A stretch of 64,000 nt of DNA from Sagittula sp. (GTDB lineage: Bacteria; Pseudomonadota; Alphaproteobacteria; Rhodobacterales; Rhodobacteraceae). How positions within the stretch are numbered: the stretch's first letter is position 1; each line of letters begins with the position of its first letter. The position numbers and the translations under genes are program-made. Shown piece after piece: positions 51,813 to 61,954 of the stretch. Below the pieces are notes generated by a model. It was not told the origin of the DNA, made no database searches, and saw nothing but the letters and a program-made list of their open reading frames with translations. The stretch is taken from contig JBELMB010000004.1 in the NCBI GenBank assembly GCA_042088665.1, forward strand, positions 5,054 to 69,053, read 5' to 3'.

Positions 51813-52584
51813 GGTCGGGGGCGCCGCGTTGTTCAACGTTGCGCCCACACTCGGCGATCTACCGGATCCGGCGGCCTGGGGGCTGCCGGATCTTGCGTTT
51901 GAGCCGATGCCCGGCGGGCACCGCAACCGGGTCTTGCGCGGCATTGGTGTCGGCGCGGGCTTCGTGTTCAAGACCACCACGCGGACGCCGCAGGCCCTTG
52001 CCTGGCTGGCGGCGGTCAAGCGACCGGCCCTTGAGGCCGGGTTCGTTGTCGCGCTGCCACAGCCGACACGCTCGGGCGCGGTGGCAGCGGCGGGCTGGAC
52101 GATGGAGCCCTGGATCGAGGGAGCGCCCCTTGATGCCGGCGATCTGCCGCGCCTTGGCACCGCCATGGCGGATCTTCACCGGCGCACGCAGGGCATCGCC
52201 CAGCGGCCGGGTTTTGCCGCAGCGCGGGATCTGTTGCAGCAGACCCGTGGCGGCGACATCGACCTTGGCCAGATGCCAGAGCCGCTGGTGGCCATGTGCC
52301 GCGCCGCCTGGACTGTCTTGCCCGACGATCCCTTGACGCTGGTGCATGGCGACCTGAACCCGGGCAACATCCTGTTGACGCCTTCGGGGCACTTCGCCCT
52401 TCTGGACTGGGACGAGGCCCGTGCCGATCTGCCACTCTTTGACCGTATGGCGCTGGGAGAGACCGGCGACACGGTGGCGCGCACCGCCGCCCTTGCCTAT
52501 GAAATTGCTTGCTGTTGGGGTACAGAACCTGCACGCGCGCATCGGTTGGCGCGTGATCTGTCCAATGCTTTGGGACCGGCCTGA
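51763..52584 (+). CDS. aminoglycoside/choline-kinase-like phosphotransferase family protein
   Basis: [11 protein letters not shown]...LLDWDEA motif. The ORF-track start overlaps ctpA by 50 nt, so the true start may be the in-frame TTG at 51829. Confidence 0.7.
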   Translation: MPSTSSRACPRSVLRTEVGGAALFNVAPTLGDLPDPAAWGLPDLAFEPMPGGHRNRVLRGIGVGAGFVFKTTTRTPQALAWLAAVKRPALEAGFVVALPQPTRSGAVAAAGWTMEPWIEGAPLDAGDLPRLGTAMADLHRRTQGIAQRPGFAAARDLLQQTRGGDIDLGQMPEPLVAMCRAAWTVLPDDPLTLVHGDLNPGNILLTPSGHFALLDWDEARADLPLFDRMALGETGDTVARTAALAYEIACCWGTEPARAHRLARDLSNALGPA

Positions 52585-52645
52585 GACAGCGCTGACGACA
52601 GCGCTGTTCTGGCCTGATCCCACCCGGCCGTGTGAGAAAAGACCC

Positions 52646-53134
52646 ATGACACCAGAAGAAATCGCCAAGCTCCCTTATCGCCGCAACGTCGGCGTGATGC
52701 TTGTGAACGCCGCAGGGAAGGCCTTTGTCGGTCAGCGCATCGACAGCGAAACTCCGGCCTGGCAGATGCCTCAGGGCGGCATCGACGCTGGCGAAGACCC
52801 AAGAGCCGCCGCGCTGCGTGAATTGCAGGAAGAAACCGGCGTTTCACCTGATCTGGTCACGGTTGAGGCCGAGACGGAGAGCTGGATCGCCTACGATCTG
52901 CCCCACCATATCGTCCCGAAAATCTGGAAGGGCCGCTACAAGGGGCAGGAGCAGAAATGGTTCCTGCTGCGGTTTCACGGCACGGATGACGCGGTGCGGC
53001 TGGACGCCGATGCGCATCAGGAGTTTTCCGAATGGTGCTGGCTCGCGCCGGATGACGTGGTGGCGCAGATCGTGCCTTTCAAACGGGACGTCTATGCGCA
53101 GGTTGTCGATGCCTTTCGCGAGCATCTGACATGA
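52646..53134 (+). CDS. rppH: RNA pyrophosphohydrolase (NUDIX)
   Basis: [11 protein letters not shown]...[27 protein letters not shown] Nudix box. Internal ATG at 52646. Confidence 0.9.
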   Translation: MTPEEIAKLPYRRNVGVMLVNAAGKAFVGQRIDSETPAWQMPQGGIDAGEDPRAAALRELQEETGVSPDLVTVEAETESWIAYDLPHHIVPKIWKGRYKGQEQKWFLLRFHGTDDAVRLDADAHQEFSEWCWLAPDDVVAQIVPFKRDVYAQVVDAFREHLT

Positions 53135-53619
53135 GATGGGTCTGGGCCTTTCTGACGCTGGTCATGCTTGCACCCCCCGCACTGGCGCTGAGTTGCCTGC
53201 CCACGGACGTGGTGCGCACGTTCAAGGCGCTTGACGCCGATGAGTCCCGCTGGGGCGCCGTGGTGGGGCGGTTGGATTTCGACGAAAGACGCTTGCCGCA
53301 AGTGGACTGGGACCGGCAGGACGAGGTTCCACAGGAAAAACGATTGCGCGCGCAATTGATCGGGCATTCATTGGGGCCGCAGGGCTGGAAGAAGCCGTTT
53401 CAGAACAATGTGTCGCTGTATGTCCTGTGCTCTGGCCCGTGGTGCGCGTCGCCGTCCAGCGGCCAGACCTACCTCGTGTTCCTGAAGCGCGAGGGACGGC
53501 GGCACATGGCCTTTGCAGAGCCCTGCGGCGAAAAGCTGGTGCCGCGGCCGCCTGCGGTGGATCTTCAGCGCCTGCACAGCTGTTTCGTCGGTGGTCCTTG
53601 CGAAGAACGGGAGTTCTGA
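53131..53619 (+). CDS. secreted hypothetical protein
   Basis: ATGA overlap with rppH. Signal peptide ([15 protein letters not shown]). Several Cys residues. Confidence 0.6.
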   Translation: MRWVWAFLTLVMLAPPALALSCLPTDVVRTFKALDADESRWGAVVGRLDFDERRLPQVDWDRQDEVPQEKRLRAQLIGHSLGPQGWKKPFQNNVSLYVLCSGPWCASPSSGQTYLVFLKREGRRHMAFAEPCGEKLVPRPPAVDLQRLHSCFVGGPCEEREF

Positions 53620-53936
53620 AGCGGCAGCGCGGCGTCCGTTGTTTGGCGCGCGCGCCATGCGGATGCCTCTTGGCGCAGCCATGTGTGGTCCGTCGGGCCG
53701 GACGAGGGAAATCACATTCCTTGTGCGTCGCTCATTTGCACCGGCAAAGGGGGGCGCGGATCGGCAGAATGGTATCTGAGACCTGAGACCCGGTCGATTG
53801 CATCACACCGGCATTTCGGCGCTGGCGCTGTTCGAGAGAGCAGGCCAGCCGACGTCCCAAGCCCGGCCAAACGACCAGCAGCGCATCATGGCCCGTGGGT
53901 GGTCACTCGGACCACATCACGGATGCCTCTGTCCTG

Positions 53937-55316
53937 TCACCGCAAACGTTTCAGCAGGTCCAGAGAGGCATAGCCATCCGGCACCAGCCCCTTGCTGCGT
54001 TGAAAACCCCGCACGGCGTCGATCGTCCTCGGGCCGATCTTTGCATCGATCCCCCGGGTGTCAAATCCCGCCGCCGTCAGGCGCCGCTGCAATTCGATGC
54101 GTTCGTCATATGTCAGCGCGCGGTCTTCCCGGGGCCAATCGCTCAGGATCGGGGGGTGGCCCTTGATGCGATCCGCCAGATGGCCGACGCCGATCACATA
54201 GGCATCGGCGGTGTTGTAACGCTCGATCACCTCGAAGTTGCGGAACACAAGGAAGGCCGCACCGCGATGACCTGCCGGCACCAGCACCGAGGCGACCCCG
54301 TGGTCCGGGACCACTTTGCCCGTCATGTCCAGCACACCCTTGCGTGCCCATGCGGAAGGAAGCCGCTCAATCTCGCGGTTGGCCTGCGCGTAGTCAAAAC
54401 CCTTGGGCAATTGCACCTCGACGCCCCAGGGCACACCGGTGCGCCAGCCATTCTGCGCCAGATAATGCGCCGTTGAGGCCAGCGCGTCAGAGGGGTCATC
54501 GCCCCAGATGTCGCGCCGCCCGTCGCCGGTGTAATCCACCGCAAGCGACTGAAACGAGGTCGGCATGAATTGGGTGTGGCCCATGGCCCCGGCCCATGAA
54601 CCGACCATCCGGTCCGGCGTGGTGTGCCCCTGCTGCAGGATCTTGAGCGCGGCGATCAGCTGCGCCTCAAAGAATCGCTGTCGCCGCCCGTCATAGGCAA
54701 GGCTGGCCATGGAACGGATCACCGGGTTCTTGCCCTTGAACGTGCCATAGGCCGATTCCAGACCCCAGACCGCGACGACGATCTCTTTCTCCACGCCATA
54801 TTTGGCTTCGATCCGCTCCAGCAGGGCGCGGTGCTCGCGCAATGCGGCCTGGCCGTTTTTCACACGCGTGGCAGAGGCCGCGCTGTCGAGATAGTCCCAA
54901 AGCGTCTTGGTGAATTCCGATTGGTTGCGGTCCCGTTCCACCACCTTTGGATCAAAGCGCACCCCGGCAAAAGCGGCGTCAAAATTCGCCGGTTGGATCC
55001 CGCGCTGCAGCGCCCGCGGCCGAAAGCCCTGAAGCCAGTCCTGAAAACCAGCCTGTGTGCCGCTGACACCAACGGGTGCCTTGGCCGGTGCCCGCGCGAT
55101 TCCGGCGGGGCGCAGATTGGGCCGGGTGGATTTGCTGGGCGCGGTGACATTGGCGATGATCGGCAGGGCGCGGCTGACCACCTCTTCCTGCACGGTAAAG
55201 ACCTGCGCCGCGTCGCCGCGCGCAAGAGGCCGCAGGGAGACGTCCGGAGGCTGCGCCCCAAGGGGCGTCCAGAAGGCCAGAAAGGCGGCCGTCCCAATGC
55301 CAGGTATTCGCCACAT
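53937..55316 (-). CDS. lytic murein transglycosylase with a C-terminal peptidoglycan-binding domain
   Basis: MltB-like core (WGLESAYG...GAMGHTQFMPTSF) and a PG_binding_1-like tail (LQRRLTAAGFDTRGIDAKIGPRT). Confidence 0.88.
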   Translation of the reverse strand: MWRIPGIGTAAFLAFWTPLGAQPPDVSLRPLARGDAAQVFTVQEEVVSRALPIIANVTAPSKSTRPNLRPAGIARAPAKAPVGVSGTQAGFQDWLQGFRPRALQRGIQPANFDAAFAGVRFDPKVVERDRNQSEFTKTLWDYLDSAASATRVKNGQAALREHRALLERIEAKYGVEKEIVVAVWGLESAYGTFKGKNPVIRSMASLAYDGRRQRFFEAQLIAALKILQQGHTTPDRMVGSWAGAMGHTQFMPTSFQSLAVDYTGDGRRDIWGDDPSDALASTAHYLAQNGWRTGVPWGVEVQLPKGFDYAQANREIERLPSAWARKGVLDMTGKVVPDHGVASVLVPAGHRGAAFLVFRNFEVIERYNTADAYVIGVGHLADRIKGHPPILSDWPREDRALTYDERIELQRRLTAAGFDTRGIDAKIGPRTIDAVRGFQRSKGLVPDGYASLDLLKRLR

Positions 55317-55389
55317 GATTGTTTTCCTACCGCTCGAATGTTTTTTTTAGGTTATCGTCTGGGCGCGCAATTGCGAAGGCCAATGATGA

Positions 55390-56082
55390 TCACGCGCGGA
55401 AACTTGCATCCCGGGCTTCGGTATAGGCGCGCAGCAGCGGCACGCGACCGGGTCGAAAGGACCGCCCCGTGCGGGTCAGCGCATCCATTCTGTCCAGTCG
55501 GAAGGCGCGAAAATCCTTGCGCAAAAGGCACCATGCCAACAGGCAATGGGAGTTGTCAAAGAGCGTGATGGACAGCGGTTTGACTTCGCGCTCCGTCGCG
55601 CTGCCCTCTTTGTCCGTATAGGCGAAACGCACCTGTTCCTCGTCCCAGCAGGCCTTGCGCAGGGCCCGCGCGTCGATGGTCGGCGCAGGCGGGGGGGCAA
55701 AGCGATGCGCTGTCAGAACCGCGTGGCGCATGCGGTGGGCCTGCCGCTCGGGCAGCCGCGCCCTGAGCTTGGCCAAGGCCGTGCTCGCGGCCTCGGAGAG
55801 GGCGGGATCCCCGACGGCGGCCACTTCGCGCAGACCGAGGATCAGCGCCTCAAGCTCTTCGTCATCGAACCCCAACGGCGGCAGGTGCGCGTCTTCGATC
55901 AGGCGGTAGCCATAGCCTGCCGCCCCGTCGATCACCGCGCCCAGACCGCGCAAGGTGTCGATGTCGCGATATAGCGTGCGCTCTGACACGCCGGTTTCCT
56001 GCGCCAGTTGCGCGGCGGTGACCGGGGGCGGCAGGCGGCGCAACGTGGTCATCAGCTGAAAGAGGCGATGGGTGCGGGACAT
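55390..56082 (-). CDS. YafY-family (HTH plus WYL) transcriptional regulator
   Basis: N-terminal HTH (AAQLAQETGVSERTLYRDIDTLR). The C-terminal region is WYL-like. Confidence 0.82.
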   Translation of the reverse strand: MSRTHRLFQLMTTLRRLPPPVTAAQLAQETGVSERTLYRDIDTLRGLGAVIDGAAGYGYRLIEDAHLPPLGFDDEELEALILGLREVAAVGDPALSEAASTALAKLRARLPERQAHRMRHAVLTAHRFAPPPAPTIDARALRKACWDEEQVRFAYTDKEGSATEREVKPLSITLFDNSHCLLAWCLLRKDFRAFRLDRMDALTRTGRSFRPGRVPLLRAYTEARDASFRA

Positions 56083-56229
56083 GACGCCAATATGACTACA
56101 GCACGTGCCAGAAACTGTCAGGAGGCCAGGCTACTCAGGCAACAGTTTTCACGATCCCTGCGTGCAGGGACCGGCGCAGAAGGTCCCGTCACTGCCACCG
56201 CGCCGGGTCACAGATGTACGGAGCCGACC

Positions 56230-56943
56230 ATGCTCATCCTTCTGAGTTTTCCCTCGGGTTTTCATGAACCCAGTCTCAGCCCCTTTTGCACAAAGGCGAT
56301 GCTGCTCTTGCAGATGGCCGGTGTGGACTGGCGCCCGCAATGGACGTCCAATCCGGGGAAGGCACCGCTTGGCAAACTGCCTGCCTTGCGTCGCGAAGAT
56401 GGCGTGTTGCCGGACAGCAACCTGATCCTCGACTGGTTGGACCGGCAAGGCGCGCCGATGTTTCCCGATGATGCAGACAGGGGCGATGCGCATCTGATCA
56501 TGCGGTTGGCAGAGACCAGCCTCTACCACGGCATCGTCTATGACCGCTGGGCCCGGGCGGAGGGGTGGGGCCGGGCAAAACCGGTCTTCTTCGCCCCTGT
56601 CCCCGCGGCCCTGCGGTCTCTGGTGGCGGGGTTGGCGCGGCGCAAGGTGTTGGGACAGCTCAAGGCACAAGGCATCGCGGCGTTTTCCGATCCGGATCGG
56701 CTGACATATCTGCGTGCAGACCTCGACGCGCTGTCCGCCCATCTTGGCGCGCACCCTTGGATGCTGGGCAACCGTCCCAGCGCCGCGGATGCCAGCATCT
56801 TGCCGATGTTGAGCACGCTTGATCACTTGCCTGACGACACCGCATTGCGAGGCGCATTGCGGCGCGATGCCCGGCTGATGGACTATGTCGCGCGCGGCCG
56901 GGCGCAACTCTATGCGCCGCTGATGGCCCATATCGGGGCATAG
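56230..56943 (+). CDS. glutathione S-transferase family protein
   Basis: From the internal ATG: MLILLSFP...SPFCTKAMLLLQMAGVDW...GKLPAL thioredoxin-like N-domain. Confidence 0.75.
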   Translation: MLILLSFPSGFHEPSLSPFCTKAMLLLQMAGVDWRPQWTSNPGKAPLGKLPALRREDGVLPDSNLILDWLDRQGAPMFPDDADRGDAHLIMRLAETSLYHGIVYDRWARAEGWGRAKPVFFAPVPAALRSLVAGLARRKVLGQLKAQGIAAFSDPDRLTYLRADLDALSAHLGAHPWMLGNRPSAADASILPMLSTLDHLPDDTALRGALRRDARLMDYVARGRAQLYAPLMAHIGA

Positions 56944-57072
56944 GCCGATGCCGGGCAGGGGCGCGTTGATCGCAGGCACAGATGCGATTGGCGAGACCCC
57001 GTGACAGGACAGGCCGACAAAGATCACGACCGCGCCGGGTATCAGCCGCGCATCTGGTCAGTCACGGGTGTC

Positions 57073-59364
57073 TCAGGAGCGCGTGCGCCGGGTGCGGGCG
57101 ACCTTGCGCTTGGTCTTGGCGGCCCTTGTCTTGGCCTTGACCTGCTTGCGTCTTGGCGAGGGGCCGCCGCGCTTGCCCGGACCGCGGCGTGAAAACCCGC
57201 CGCCGACGGCGCTTTCGTAAGCCGTGTCATCCAGTTCCAGCAGCTCAAAGGCGATGCCGCCGGTGACTGGCGCCGCCTCGACCAGCTTGACCTTGGCGCG
57301 CATGGCAAGCCCGATCACCCGCCCCGTGTCAGAGCCCATCAGCGTGTTGCTCTCACGGTCAAAGTGGAAATACTCCGCGCCCAGCGTCCCGATCGGCACC
57401 AATCCGTCGGCCCCGGTTTCGTCCAGCTTCACAAAGATCCCGAACTTAGCGATGCCGGACACGCGCCCGGTGAATTCCGCGCCCAGCCGGTCGCTCAGAT
57501 AGGCGGCGAGGTAGCGGTCCGTGGTGTCCCGCTCAGCCATCATCGAGCGTCGCTCGGTGTCAGAGATGTGCTGCGCGGTGCTTTCGAGGCTGTCCAGATC
57601 CCGCGGTGTCAGCCCGTCATCGCCCCAGCCATGCGCGGTTATCAGCGCCCGGTGCACGATCAGGTCGGAATAGCGCCGGATGGGCGAAGTGAAATGCGCG
57701 TAATTCTGCAACGAGAGCCCGAAATGCCCAAAGTTCTTGGGGCTGTAGTAGGCCTGTGTCATTGACCTCAATGTCGCAAGGTTGATCAGATCGGCCTCTT
57801 CGCGCCCTGCCGCCTGATGCAAAAGCTGGTTCAGGTGGCGGGTCTTCAGCACTTGTCCCTTGGCCAGCACGAGCCCCGCGGATTGCGCGGTGTCCCGCAG
57901 GCTTTCGAGCTTGTCGGGCGAGGGCTCCTCGTGCACGCGAAAGACCAGCGGTGTGCGCTTTGCGGTCAGCGTCTCGGCAGCGGCGACATTGGCCAGCACC
58001 ATGCATTCCTCGATCAGCCGGTGCGCGTCCAGCCGTTCGGTGAAGGCCACAGACGTCACTTTGCCGTCGTCGCTGAGCATCACCTTGCGTTCCGGCAGAT
58101 CCAGATCCAGCGGCTGGCGTCGTTCGCGGGCTTTGCACAGCGCGGCATAGGCGGCGTAAAGCGGCCGCAGCACGGAGTCGAGCAGGGGCTCTGTTTCCGC
58201 ATCAGGGGTGCCGTTGATGGCCTCCTGCACCTGACCATAAGTCAGCGAGGCGGGCGAGCGCATCAGGCCGCGCACAAAGTGATGCGACCGTTTGCTGCCT
58301 TCGGCGTCCAGCACCATGCGCACGGCGATGCAGGCCCGTGGCACGCCGGCGTGCAGAGAACACAGATCCCCCGACAGCCGGTCCGGCAGCATCGGCACCA
58401 CGCGATCCGGGAAATACGAAGAATTGCCGCGCCGCCGCGCCTCCTGATCCAGATCGGACCCCGGACGCACGTAGTGGGCCACGTCGGCAATGGCGACCCA
58501 CAGGATGTGCCCCCCGGCGTTCTGCGGATCCGTATCCGCCTCGGCAAAGACGGCATCGTCATGATCGCGGGCGTCTGACGGGTCGATGGTGATCAGCGGC
58601 AGCGCGCGCAGGTCCTCGCGACCGTCCAGCTCTGCGGGTGTCATCTCATCGGCTTCGGCCACCGCTTCGGGTGGAAAATCATCGGGGATGCCGTGCTGGT
58701 GAATGGCGATCAGAGAGACGGCCCTTGGCGCCGTGGGATCCCCCAGCCGCAGCACGATCCGTGCCCTAGGCAGGCCAACGCGGGTCTTTGGCCCGGCTTG
58801 CTCTGCCTCGACCAACTCACCGTCGCGGGCGCCGCCCGTGGCGTCGGAGGGCACGATCCATTCCTTGTCGGATCCTTTCTCGATGGGCAGGATCCGGCCG
58901 CCTTCGGCGCTCTTGCGAAACACGCCGACGATCTTGCGCGGGCTGGACCCGATGCGGCGGATCAGCCGCGCCTCGTAGGTGTGATCCTCGCCCTGCACCC
59001 TTTGCAGCCGGGCAAGGATCCGGTCGCCTTCGCCCAGCGCCGTGTCCGCGACGCGCTGCACCATCAGGACCCGGGGCATCGGTCCTTCGCCCTGCCATTC
59101 CAGCGGCAGCGCAAAGAGATCGCCATTGCTGTCGGGGGCCTGCACCTGCAGCACGCTGACCGGGGGCAATTGGTCGGGATCTCGATAGGTCTTCTTGCGC
59201 TTTTCCAGATGGCCTTCGTCTTCGAGCGTGCGCAGGATACGCTTGAGGTCGATGCGCGCCGCCCCCTTGATGCCAAAGGCCTTGGCGATGTCACGCTTCG
59301 CGGTCAGGGTGGGGTTGGATGAGATCCACTCGAGGATCTGCTCTTTGGTGGGCATCTGGCTCAT
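57073..59364 (-). CDS. rnr: ribonuclease R
   Basis: 763 aa. RNB domain motifs (TIDPSDARDHDDAV). S1 domain and a basic C-terminal tail. Confidence 0.93.
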   Translation of the reverse strand: MSQMPTKEQILEWISSNPTLTAKRDIAKAFGIKGAARIDLKRILRTLEDEGHLEKRKKTYRDPDQLPPVSVLQVQAPDSNGDLFALPLEWQGEGPMPRVLMVQRVADTALGEGDRILARLQRVQGEDHTYEARLIRRIGSSPRKIVGVFRKSAEGGRILPIEKGSDKEWIVPSDATGGARDGELVEAEQAGPKTRVGLPRARIVLRLGDPTAPRAVSLIAIHQHGIPDDFPPEAVAEADEMTPAELDGREDLRALPLITIDPSDARDHDDAVFAEADTDPQNAGGHILWVAIADVAHYVRPGSDLDQEARRRGNSSYFPDRVVPMLPDRLSGDLCSLHAGVPRACIAVRMVLDAEGSKRSHHFVRGLMRSPASLTYGQVQEAINGTPDAETEPLLDSVLRPLYAAYAALCKARERRQPLDLDLPERKVMLSDDGKVTSVAFTERLDAHRLIEECMVLANVAAAETLTAKRTPLVFRVHEEPSPDKLESLRDTAQSAGLVLAKGQVLKTRHLNQLLHQAAGREEADLINLATLRSMTQAYYSPKNFGHFGLSLQNYAHFTSPIRRYSDLIVHRALITAHGWGDDGLTPRDLDSLESTAQHISDTERRSMMAERDTTDRYLAAYLSDRLGAEFTGRVSGIAKFGIFVKLDETGADGLVPIGTLGAEYFHFDRESNTLMGSDTGRVIGLAMRAKVKLVEAAPVTGGIAFELLELDDTAYESAVGGGFSRRGPGKRGGPSPRRKQVKAKTRAAKTKRKVARTRRTRS

Positions 59365-59438
59365 GCCGCCTGCGTAGCACGCCCGACCGCCGGGGTCATG
59401 CCGAAAGCTGCAGCGCAGCGAGCGGTGGGTGCGCAGCC

Positions 59439-60032
59439 TCAGGCCCGGTCGAGGTCCTGCGCCGTGTCCACGTCCCGCAGCCGGTCGACCAGCGCGATGC
59501 GTGCCCCGGGAAGGGAGGCGATGGTGTCGGCAAGCGCATGTTCCGTGGACCAGCGCACCCCGTCAAACAGCCCATGCGGCACGCGCGCGCTGTTGTGCAG
59601 GCCGATCAGCCAGTAGCCACCATCCTCAGCCGGGCCAAAGACCGCGTCATGGGATCCCAGCGCCCTGAACGCACGCCCCAGCGCTGCGCGGGAAAGGCCG
59701 GGAATATCGGCGCCGATCACACAGACGGGCCCGGGCGGGGCTGTGCCCAACTGGTGGCGCATCCGCGTGCCAAGATCGCCCGTTCCCTGCGGTCGGCGAG
59801 GCAATTGATGTGGCAGGCTGGCAGGCCATTGGCGGCTGTCAAAGGCGCAGGCGTCTGGCGAGACCGCCAGCACAACTCGCCAACGCGGGTCCACTATGCG
59901 ACGCAGGAGGCGCGCGCTCTGGTGTCGAAACCACCACGCCGCCGAGGTCATGCCGATGTCGCGACCCAGCCGGGTCTTGACCCGTCCGGCGCGTGGCTCT
60001 TTGACCATCACCACGACCGTGCGGGTCACCAC
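59439..60032 (-). CDS. DUF2064 / TIGR04282-type glycosyltransferase-like protein
   Basis: VVVMVKEPRAGRVKTRL... pattern. Confidence 0.7.
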   Translation of the reverse strand: MVTRTVVVMVKEPRAGRVKTRLGRDIGMTSAAWWFRHQSARLLRRIVDPRWRVVLAVSPDACAFDSRQWPASLPHQLPRRPQGTGDLGTRMRHQLGTAPPGPVCVIGADIPGLSRAALGRAFRALGSHDAVFGPAEDGGYWLIGLHNSARVPHGLFDGVRWSTEHALADTIASLPGARIALVDRLRDVDTAQDLDRA

Positions 60033-60463
60033 TTCATCACCATGTCCCGCTGCGGGACCCCGGCGTGTTTGCCCTCATCGCTGCGGGGGGCAAACCCCGG
60101 CATTTGGCAAACAGGGATGAGATGGCGCCGGGCGCTCAGCAAGGCGCGGAGGACATCTGGGGGCTCCGGACGCCTGTGGCGCGCAGAGCGCACCGGTGCC
60201 GTTCCAATCCCGCGTCCAAGGAGGCTTGGCAGAACGCAGATGCGGCTGATCCTGACCGTCTTTGCGAGTTCGCGGATGGCATCACAGAGCAACAGCCGCG
60301 TCGAGGCCAGCGAATTCGGATCCCTTTCAAGCGGTTGGATGGCCCGTCCATCCAGAGCATCCCGTTCGTCGGCCGCCGAGACGCCCCGCTCTCCCATGGG
60401 GGCAACGCGCCGCATGGCGTGACAGGCGTCAGGATCGTCGGTCCGTTCAACGTGCATTGTCAC
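60026..60463 (-). CDS. GNAT-family N-acetyltransferase (YjcF-like)
   Basis: [19 protein letters not shown] acetyl-CoA motif region and a GF...[12 protein letters not shown] tail. GTGA overlap with the dapE stop. The sequence is rather divergent. Confidence 0.55.
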   Translation of the reverse strand: MTMHVERTDDPDACHAMRRVAPMGERGVSAADERDALDGRAIQPLERDPNSLASTRLLLCDAIRELAKTVRISRICVLPSLLGRGIGTAPVRSARHRRPEPPDVLRALLSARRHLIPVCQMPGFAPRSDEGKHAGVPQRDMVMKW

Positions 60464-61599
60464 GCAAAATAATCCGTCAGGATGCGGGCATAGATCGCTT
60501 TCAGTTGATGGATCTGCGCCACGTCCACCCGTTCGTCCACTGCGTGCATGGTCTTGCCGACAAGGCCGAATTCTACCACCGGGCAGTGGTTCTTGACAAA
60601 GCGTGCATCCGAGGTGCCGCCAGTGGTCGACAGCTCCGGCTGGATGCCGGTTTCGGCCTCGACCGAGGCGGCGATCAGGTCGGACAGCGGACCGGGTGGC
60701 GTCACAAAGCTTTCGCCGGAAATCTTGATCCTGACCTCTGTCCGGGTGCCGAAATCCGCATCAATTTCAGCGGCCTGTGCCCGCAGCCAGTCGGACAGCG
60801 ATGCGCCGGAATGCGTGTCGTTGAAGCGGATGTTCACACAGGCCGTGGTCTGTGCGGGGATCACATTGGTGGCCGGATTGCCCGTGTCGATGGTCACCAC
60901 CGCCAGCGTCGACGGGTCGAAATGATCGGTGCCCCGGTCCAGTTCATGGCTCGACAGCCTGTCCATCAGGCGCGCCATGGCGGGCAGCGGGTTCAGGGCG
61001 CGGTGCGGATAGGCGGAATGACCTTGCCGCCCGTGGGTCTCGAACCATGCGGTCAAAGAGCCCCGGCGCCCGATCTTCATCATCTGGCCCATGTGGTCGG
61101 GGCTGGTGGGCTCCCCGACAAGGCAGACGGACATGGCCTCGCCTTCGGTGTCCATCCAGTCCAGCAGGGCCGTGGTGCCGTGTAGGGCATCGGCCTCTTC
61201 GTCGCCGGTGATGGCGAGGATCACTGCGCCCTCGGGCGGGGTCTGTTGCACGAAATCAATCGCCGCCGCGGCAAAGGCCGCAACGCCCGATTTCATGTCG
61301 GTCGCGCCGCGCCCGTAGAGAAAGCCGTCCTTGATCTCTGCGCCGAAAGGGTCGAACTGCCAGTCCTCGCGCCGTCCGATGGGCACCACATCGGTATGAC
61401 CGTTAAAGCCAAAGCTGCGCGCGTGGCCCTTTTCGCCCCAGCGGGCAAAGAGGTTGCAGATGCCGCCGCGATCCACGCGCGTGCAGGCAAATCCCGCTTC
61501 TTCGAGCAGGCCTTGCAAGAGCACCAGCGCGCCGCCTTCTTCTGGCGTCACGGAGGGGCAGCGCACCAGTTGCGCGGTCAGGTCAGCGGGGTCGGTCAT
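60460..61599 (-). CDS. dapE: succinyl-diaminopimelate desuccinylase
   Basis: 379 aa. [14 protein letters not shown]...GHTDVVP...GRGATDMK M20 signature. Confidence 0.93.
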   Translation of the reverse strand: MTDPADLTAQLVRCPSVTPEEGGALVLLQGLLEEAGFACTRVDRGGICNLFARWGEKGHARSFGFNGHTDVVPIGRREDWQFDPFGAEIKDGFLYGRGATDMKSGVAAFAAAAIDFVQQTPPEGAVILAITGDEEADALHGTTALLDWMDTEGEAMSVCLVGEPTSPDHMGQMMKIGRRGSLTAWFETHGRQGHSAYPHRALNPLPAMARLMDRLSSHELDRGTDHFDPSTLAVVTIDTGNPATNVIPAQTTACVNIRFNDTHSGASLSDWLRAQAAEIDADFGTRTEVRIKISGESFVTPPGPLSDLIAASVEAETGIQPELSTTGGTSDARFVKNHCPVVEFGLVGKTMHAVDERVDVAQIHQLKAIYARILTDYFA

Positions 61600-61954
61600 G
61601 CGTGCGTTCCTTGGGGTATCGGGGGAGTATCGGGGAGTGTCGGGCGGTTTGACGGCTCATGGTCGGGATCCTTGCGGTCTGCAACAGCAGGCCGCGTTGC
61701 AGCTCTGGCTAGCGGTTGTGCACCGGCAGCGCAAATGTGGCGGAATTGCATCATTTTCGCCGCGGCAACCGGGACTGACACAGAAGGAAAGGTTAACGCT
61801 CGCCCGGAGGATGTGCTAAGACTTGGCAAAAGAAACAATAATCGCTTTGGCAGGCGCGCAGTCCCAATTGGTTGGCACCCGTATGAAGAGTATCCGGCGT
61901 AGATCGGTCTTCTTCCTGTGGCGCCCCTGGTAAAGCATAAAACATGAGGCAGGC

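Noticed and set aside
61612-61647. Three roughly 12-bp-period repeats (GGGGTATCGGGG / GAGTATCGGGG / AGTGTCGGGCGG) in the dapE leader
   Set aside because: They are short and degenerate. This could be simple GC-rich sequence redundancy, and I cannot argue for a function.
61873-61889. TGGCAC-N5-TGAAG upstream of the Hint-domain gene (sigma-54-like -24 element)
   Set aside because: The -12 element does not match TTGC. A single hexamer match is expected by chance.
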